DNA of 64,000 nucleotides from Octopus vulgaris. Lineage: Eukaryota. The notes beneath the pieces are model-generated. The model saw nothing but the letters and a program-made list of their open reading frames with translations. It did no database searches and had not been told where the DNA came from. Numbering within the stretch: the stretch's first letter is position 1; each line of letters begins with the position of its first letter. Shown piece by piece: positions 54,312-64,000 of the stretch. The position numbers were made by a program, and so were the translations under genes. The stretch spans positions 53,940,001 to 54,004,000 of the forward strand of contig OX597820.1 of NCBI GenBank assembly GCA_951406725.2, read 5' to 3'.

Positions 54312-54652
54312 TATATATATACACACATATATATATATGTATGTATGCATGTATGTGTGTGTGTGTGCGTGTCTGTGCTTGTGATTGTCCTCCACCACTG
54401 CTTGACAACGAATGTTGGTTTGTTTACATCCCTGTCACCTAGTGGTTTGACAAAGGAAACAGATAGAATAAGTACAATGCTTACAAAAATAAAACTGGAG
54501 TTGATTCATTAAACTACAATTCTTCAAGGCATTGCCCCAGCATGGCCACAGACCAATGGCTGGAAAAAGCAGAAGAATAAAAGAATACATTCTCTGCTTT
54601 GGTCTTATGTTCAAGGCATAAGAAAGCTTGAGTTTACATGAGAAGGCCTAAC

Positions 54653-55133
54653 AGACCTGGTAGAAACAGCAGCCAAATCTCCCTCAAATCACACCTTACT
54701 GTCTTATGTATGTATATATATATGAGCCAATGAGGGGGACCTCTACATGGTAGCTAGACCTGGTAGAAATAGCAGCCAAATTTCCCCCAAATCACACCTT
54801 ACTGTCTTATCTATGTATATATGTATGTATGAGCCTATGAGGGAGACCCCTACATGGCAGCTAGACCTGGTAGAAATAGCAGCCAAATTTCCCCCAAATC
54901 ACACCTTACTGTCTTATCTATGTATATATGTATGTATGAGCCTATGAGGGAGACCCCTACATGATAGCTAGACCTGGTAGAAATAGCAGCCAAATTTCCC
55001 CCAAATCACACCTTACTGTCTTATCTATGTATATATGTATGTATGAGCCTATGAGGGAGACCCCTACATGGCAGCTAGACATGGTAGAAATAGCAGCCAA
55101 ATCTCCCTCAAATCACACCTTACTGTCTTATCT
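54653..55133 (+). repeat. Minisatellite, ~4.5 copies of a ~107-bp unit
   Basis: AGAC(C/A)TGGTAGAAA(T/C)AGCAGCCAAAT..CAAATCACACCTTACTGTCTTAT starts at 54653, 54756, 54863, 54970 and 55077. Confidence 0.92.
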
Positions 55134-55178
55134 TTCTGCTACTTATATTCGTCGTAAAAAACTTTCCTGTCACACACT

Positions 55179-55213
<35 letters not shown>

Positions 55214-55218
55214 CCTCA

Positions 55219-55253
<35 letters not shown>

Positions 55254-55409
55254 TCACACACACGCACGTTAGCTTACAATTTTATTTATATATTTGCGTG
55301 TCTGTGTTGAAAGTGGAAGTGGGAGGCAGAGTGAAAGAATCACTCACTACAGTAAGTAAATTACTTTCATTTTATACGCTGCCCACTGTGTGTGTGCGTT
55401 TGCGTGTGG

Positions 55410-55631
55410 TGTAAACCAGACTAAGAAAAGCATTTGACACACACACCAGAATGTGAGTTTTCTGTAAATTTTGCTTAATTGGAGTTTAAATTTTAAAAAC
55501 TGGACCTGGCATGACGCGATGCATTGTACTCTTAAAATTGCAAGGTAAATTGTAATTGAAGAAATCCTATATTGTAGATTTGTATAACTCCCAAAGGGAG
55601 GCAGATAAAATCTGCCTTTTATAATAAGAGA
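55410..55631 (-). mobile_element. Probable 5' portion of another Helitron-type element
   Basis: Minus strand A|TCTCTTATTATAAAAGGCAG next to (AT)n, similar to the other two Helitron 5' ends; no CTAG/hairpin 3' end found, so the left boundary is approximate. Confidence 0.4.
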
Positions 55632-56256
55632 TATATATATTATCGACCACCCAACTCAATGTATGTGCTTTACTTGTTCGCCGGTTCACTATGGTACAAC
55701 CTTCTGGGAAGGACTCATTCATAGCACTAGGTGTTAAAACACCTCAAAGTCATAGACAGACAAGCTAATTCATAATAAATTAAATTTTACGTTTTCATCG
55801 TCGTGGCGTATCAGCAGATGGTTCTTTGTGTAGCCATTGACTGGCGATTCAGTCGTCCCCGATGGTACTGGAAGCGACTTGTCTGGTCTGACTCTGACTT
55901 TCGGGTTTTTTAACATCCAGTGCTATGAGGGACTTGTCCCTCAGATTAGTGTAATTAGCGAACCTGCGAACAAGCAAAATACATAGACTATGTGCGATCG
56001 ATAAGCTTCCAACACAAGCGTTGGCTGTAATTTGTAATTGTATATATATATATATATATATATATAAATTAATATTTAGAAGAAGCAACAGGGTGACTCA
56101 AGGCCCGAGAGTTTCGTGTGTTAGCACTTATCAAAGTATGAAACTATATGTATGTATGCCAGCGCTCCAGCGTGGCCACACCTTTCAAGCCGAAAATAGT
56201 AAAAGAGCATATATACATATATATATATATAGATATACATACATACACACACACAA

Positions 56257-56288
<32 letters not shown>

Positions 56289-57099
56289 GTACATATATGC
56301 ATATACTGTACATGTATATACACACATACAAACACATTCAAACACACACAAACGCATACACACACACATACATACATACATACATACATACATACATACA
56401 TACATACATACATACATACATACATACATACATACATACACACATACTTACATAATGTAAACAGAACACGAGTAAATAGTTGTTCTTTTAACTAGTTAAA
56501 TTATTCAGTCGTTTTGGCCGCTCGGATGCTTCTAACTATTGATAAAGCAGTGTTAGTGTGGTTGATGTGAGGCTTCTTAAACACAATAGCAGTGATATAT
56601 TGCTTTATAATGAGACTTCATAGCGGCTTGGAAAAACAATTTGTCTTCAACGAAAGTGAAAGTAGAGGAGAATTGTCGTCATTGCCTATTGTCGTTGTAA
56701 TTCTTGTTCTACTAATCGTTGCTGTTGTTGTTGTTGTTGTTGTTTGTCGTGTGGTTATAGTAGTGGTACTTCTGAGGATGTTGTTGTTGTTTTTGTAGTA
56801 GTAACAGAAGTAGTAGTAGTAGTTGTTGTTGTTATTGTTGTAGGTGATGTGTTCGTGGCCGAAGGTGGGAATGAAGTGTACGAGTTCAATTAGAATTACA
56901 AAACATTGTAATAGAAATATACAAGAAACAACACCTAAAAAAAACGCGAAATGTTATTTGTTATTTATTTCTGTTTTTGCTGTAACTTTTATTATTTATT
57001 TCTTTAAAAAAAAAAGTATTTACTGTTATTTTGTTGTTGTTATTGTTGTTTGGCGAGGAGGAGTTCATGAGAATGTACCGAGGTGAGCGTTACAGAAAG

Positions 57100-58810
<1,711 letters not shown>

Positions 58811-59246
58811 CTAAGCAATATCCACGTCATATATTAATAACACCAATAACTTACACAACAACAACGACATAAGCAAGAATTAAAACCTCAGATATTACCT
58901 ACAGTTATAGTGACGTCATGCGGAGTGACAGACTAGCCTCAGTGCAAAGAAATAGAAATAGACTCTTCAACACAAGGTCACGTCAGCCTTTCCTATCTAT
59001 AACACAACTAAAACACTGTGTGCGTGCGTGCGTACGCGTGTGTGTGTGTGTATGTGTGTGTGTGTTTCATAATGTTAAACCGTTAATCCCTTTCTCTAAT
59101 CTTTTTCTCTCTCCGTTTCTTCGTTCTCACCTCATTTTTCTTTCCTCTTATACCTTTCTGTCGAAGAGCGTAGGTATTTATCCCGAGTGTCAAGCTAATA
59201 CACCTGCTTGTTGTTCCTTCACCTGTCTTCGTCTTTCGTTTTATGT

Positions 59247-59279
<33 letters not shown>

Positions 59280-59282
<3 letters not shown>

Positions 59283-59662
59283 CGAAGGAGTGGCTGTGTG
59301 GTAAGTAGCTTGCTTACCAACCACATTCTTCCGAGTTCAGTCCCACTGCGTGGCACCTTGGGCAAGTGTCTATACTATAGCCTCGGGCTATAGTGAGTGG
59401 ATTTGGTAAAAGGAGACTGAAAGAAGCCCGTCGTATATATGTATATGTATATGTATGTGTGTGTATATATTTGTGTGTCTGTGTTTGACAACCGATGCTG
59501 GTGTGTTTGTGTGCCCGTAACTTATCGGTTCCGCAAAAGAGACCGATAGAATAAGTACTAGGTTTACAAAGAATAAGTCCTGGGGTCGATTTGCTCGACT
59601 AAAGTCGGTGCTCCAGCATAGCCGCAGTCAAATGACTGAAACAAGTAATACAGTAAAAGAGT
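59280..59662 (+). mobile_element. tRNA-derived SINE family A copy; an inverted head fragment lies at ~60040-60205
   Basis: Matches 28300-28711 with small deletions. Confidence 0.85.
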
Positions 59663-59860
59663 GTATATATACCACGTACAGGTAGGACAGGCACAGCGAC
59701 CTTAATGCTTCGTCAGTTATCGACCAAAAATGCTAACACCCGGTTTCGTGCCTTTAAAGCTAAGACTGGCAACTTCGTATATCAGCGGCACCCGCAAGAT
59801 ATGCGTAGAATTGGGGTTCCAATAAACAAAACAGTACACACACACACAAGCACACACACA

Positions 59861-59906
<46 letters not shown>

Positions 59907-61096
59907 CATATGTACATTTAAACACATAAGAGGTATCCATTAAGTCTATAGACTAAATTTTTACACGGTAGGCCACTGGGAATGGAAATTTCTAATATTT
60001 CAGATTACCCTTCGCTATTATTAATTATATATATATATATACGACGGGCTTCTTTCATTTTCCGTCTATAAAATCCACTCACAAGGGTTTTGGTCGCCCC
60101 TAGGCTACAATAGAAGACACTTGCCAAAATGCCACGCAGTGGGACTGAACCCGGTGCCATGAGGTTGGGAAGCAACTTCTTGTCACACAGCCACACCTGC
60201 GCTTGCATATATATATATATATATATATAAAAAGAATTAAAAAAGAATTGGAAACACACACACACACGCTAATATTGATCAATGAGAATTAATGCTCAAC
60301 GCCGCATTGATGGGTACAAAGTCTTTAGTTGTGCGTTAACTAGGGTACCATTAGTTTCATGCCAAGAATTCTTAACAATTATCAATGCCACATGGGACGT
60401 TAGCACTTGCTTCCGTCTTCGATGGGAATACAATGAGGCTACTTGAGAATATACAGAATTACGAAATAAACAAATTAACATACATATCAATGGGAACAAC
60501 TCGCTAGAGTTGAATTATGATGGTCTGGTGGTCTGAAAACTAGCCTTCTATATCTGCATTGGCTGCTAAGTATATAATTGTACTTACTGTGCAATGATTA
60601 GAAAATGTGCTTCCTTGCAGCTCTAAGGGATTTTAACTCTTATTTCTAGCAATATAGCTGCTACCCAGTACCCTCAGTCATTCCTAGTGAGAACTGAATT
60701 TTTCCTCTTTGGTTTTATACTGTGTTTAACTGCTTTCATTATTTTATCATTTTTACATTAGCATTTCGCTAAATCAGCCACAAATTTATATAGTAAATAT
60801 ATATACCGACAGTATGAATTTAACCAAATCGAACGCATGGTTACCTTCGAAACGTAGAGTAATTGAAACAGGGACAACTGAAAAAGGGGAATATTCTTTA
60901 TGTTGTATGTCTCGTTTCTCTGTCTGTTTGTTTTTTCGTTTCGTTGTCCGAAAAAAAGGTCGTTTCTATGTTTTTGTTTTCGTTTCTCGTGTTCAACGTT
61001 TTTTTTTTATATTCTGTACCCATATATGCTTGTATATATACATATATATGTAGGTATGTACATATATGTATGTATATATGCATATATTTATATATC

Positions 61097-61147
<51 letters not shown>

Positions 61148-61853
61148 AGATCAAGATTTCAGTGAATATATATAATGTGTGTGTGTGTGGTGGAAGTGTA
61201 CGCTATGTGTTTTCAGTTTTCGTCTACCAAATTCACATGCGAGACATCGTTCGGCTTGGAGCTATAGCAGAAGAAACAAGTAGTACTGTGCAATGAGACT
61301 GAATACGAATCTACATAGCCATACTCTCCCCCACACCAGTTATATTTACTTATGTTTTAATATATAATTAGATATAAACATCGATGTGACTGATGTGTTG
61401 GAACTCCAGGCTGAATGGCTTGAATAAATACTTGACGATATTTAACTATGTTCTTCAATGTTCGGAACTCAAAAATCGAACTCGTTCGACTTTGCATTTC
61501 ATTCGTCCAGAATTAATCAAAAGAAGTGCCACTCGTATTTTGGAATTGACATAATCGATTATACAGCCAATTCTCAACGTAATTCTGGTCGATTCCAATG
61601 TAAGAAATCGATATGGGATTCAATACGGTTTAAATTATCCTTTTTGTTAGTTTGTTACAAAAATTGTGATTTTAGTGTGTATAGAATATTGAATTAACAT
61701 TTATGTGGAATGGGGAATGATGATGTGTGTGGGTGTGCATGGGTTGGTTCGAAGAAATATTCCTTCGCTTCTCAGAGCTTGGTTTATCCTCACAAGGACC
61801 ACACTCAGCGGACTACCTCATCAACTATTTCCGTGTCATCAAATATATGTGCG

Positions 61854-61921
<68 letters not shown>

Positions 61922-62044
61922 TGTGTGTCTGTGTCTGTGTGTGTGTGTGCGTGTGTGTGTGTGTGTGTGTGCACTTTTCCAAAAAAGAATTATTCACATT
62001 ATCTCCAAATTTTCTAAATGTTTATGACCGCCTTTGTATCGTAT

Positions 62045-62846
62045 ATCTGTCCGAATGTTTTATTGTCCTCTATTGCGTTTTTGTTCCATTTTTCTATATT
62101 TATATATACATATAGCGGCGTACGTACACACTTGTCCTCACCTTATACTAGGTATGTATCTAAATTTTGTACGACTCTTTTACTCTATCTTTTAGTCGCC
62201 CTCATACTTTCTTCTTCTTTTATTTTTCTCGCACCCCTCTCTCTCTCTCTCTCTTTCTCTCTCTTACAAACGCACGCACACATTTCTTGGCCCTCTCTTT
62301 ATCTCCCACTTTTCCTCCTCGTTTATCTCCCCTGTACATTTCCTTTTGTCTCTGATTATTTTTCTAATCCTTCAATCCCGCTCCGCCCTACCCCTCTCTC
62401 CTCCTTTGATGTGACCGGTGTCTGGCCAGCCATGATCTTTCTTTCTTAGCCTGACTGCCGACCGCCAACACCCCTATGTTCCTGCCTTTTGGCTTTTACT
62501 TCATACACACCAGCTCAATTTGATTCTTTCTCAGTCGAAAGAAACCTGTTGTTATGTTCTTGTTGTTTGCATTTGTAATTGTGTACCATGCACATTCACT
62601 AGCTTTCTTACAAAAAAATCTAATGCCCTTAGCTTGGACTTCTTTGGGGGCAACCAGATCGAACTGTGTCAAATGTAACTGCCCGAAACAATACGGACTT
62701 CTAGTAACTTGACTGAGGACAGAAGGCCACGAATGATCCGTATTTTTTGCCTGTCCTTCCAATTTTTGTTTCCCCTGTGCGTATTTGTATTATTGTCTAT
62801 CTGTCCGAATGTTTTATTGTCCTCTATTGCGTTTTTGTCCCATTTC

Positions 62847-62850
<4 letters not shown>
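62045..62850 (+). repeat. ~800-bp segment bounded by ~50-bp direct repeats, resembling a Penelope pseudo-LTR partial tandem
   Basis: ATCTGTCCGAATGTTTTATTGTCCTCTATTGCGTTTTTGT(T/C)CCATTT at ~62045 and ~62799, each followed by a TA-rich run. Confidence 0.6.
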
Positions 62851-62898
<48 letters not shown>

Positions 62899-62985
62899 GT
62901 GTGTGTATGTATGTATATATATACATGTGTGTATATGTATATAAATATATATATATATATGCATACACATAAACACATATATATA

Positions 62986-63021
<36 letters not shown>

Positions 63022-63033
63022 CACATAAACACA

Positions 63034-63096
<63 letters not shown>

Positions 63097-63729
63097 GAAA
63101 ATATGATGATTTTTGTTTATTTTTAAATATGTGCCGTCAAATTTTCTTAATTGACTACTTAAATGCGTTGGAATGTAATAAACGGGAAAATATTGCAGAA
63201 TAAACAAAAGAAGTTGTTAGTTCATCGCCCTTGGGATCAAAATTTACATTACATATTTCACTGTCAATTATATTACCACTTATGTACAATATACTATTTC
63301 CTTCAGCTTCAATTTATAGCCTCGTTGAGCAATCATGATTTCCTCATATTTATGACTGGCTTATTAAGGAGAACTAACTTCCTGGCAAACCATCTGGCGT
63401 GGTTTCAAATTTTGGCTGCAATCATTTTACCTCTTCCGTACTATTTCAGCGATAGTATGAATATCACTCGATCTTATCCTGCAGTCGCTATGATATTTTT
63501 ACGAAGGAAAACATTATTAATTTACCAGATCTATTTAATATGTTGAAGCTTCTGTTGTCAACGGTATTGAGAGATGTTTGCAATTGTCAGTTAAGATCAA
63601 ATATGAAAAGATTAACAACCGTTCTCGAATTATATATCTAAATTCACACAAGAACATAGATATCATATATACGACAGACACGCGAACACGTGAATACTCA
63701 CACATGTGCGCATACATACATTTATATAT

Positions 63730-63824
<95 letters not shown>

Positions 63825-64000
63825 TGTGTGTGTGTCTGTGTAAATGTTATTTATGAATAAATGTTCCCACAGAAACATGTATATAAAGGACAGCCAGTCA
63901 ACCACAGTTGAAACACTCCTGTCACAACCTGGGACCTTGAATACTGCTTTAATGCAAGAAAGTATACTAGTCCCTTAATATTTTATATTCAATATTTCAT

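Noticed and set aside
54653-55133. CRISPR-like regular repeats
   Set aside because: Whole units are repeated without unique spacers, the context is eukaryotic, and there are no cas genes.

Overview
AT-rich, microsatellite-saturated eukaryotic DNA with no host protein-coding exon that I can support. The repeat content (two very abundant tRNA-derived SINE families, long (AT)n/(CA)n/(GATA)n/(ATGT)n tracts) suggests an octopus or other coleoid cephalopod genome; this is an inference. The centrepiece is a structurally complete ~6.15 kb Helitron (39128-45276, A|TC...hairpin...CTAG|T). Its ~1620-aa Rep/PIF1-helicase frame has nine N-terminal 23-aa STPR-like repeats and a single in-frame TGA. A 396-bp non-autonomous Helitron with a near-identical 3' end lies 8 kb away. 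Also present are decayed Tc1 (DD34E, IR/DR), maT (DD37D) and mariner elements, Tx1/L1-like, L2/CR1-like and Penelope-like fragments, a solo LTR with a 5-bp TSD, MITEs and long palindromes. Two small inverted-repeat elements contain complete type I minimal hammerhead-ribozyme folds with non-canonical cores, one with a compensatory G3-C8 swap. The Nin-type SINE shares its 3' tail with the Tx1-like LINE. Nearly all short ORFs in the track are microsatellite artefacts.
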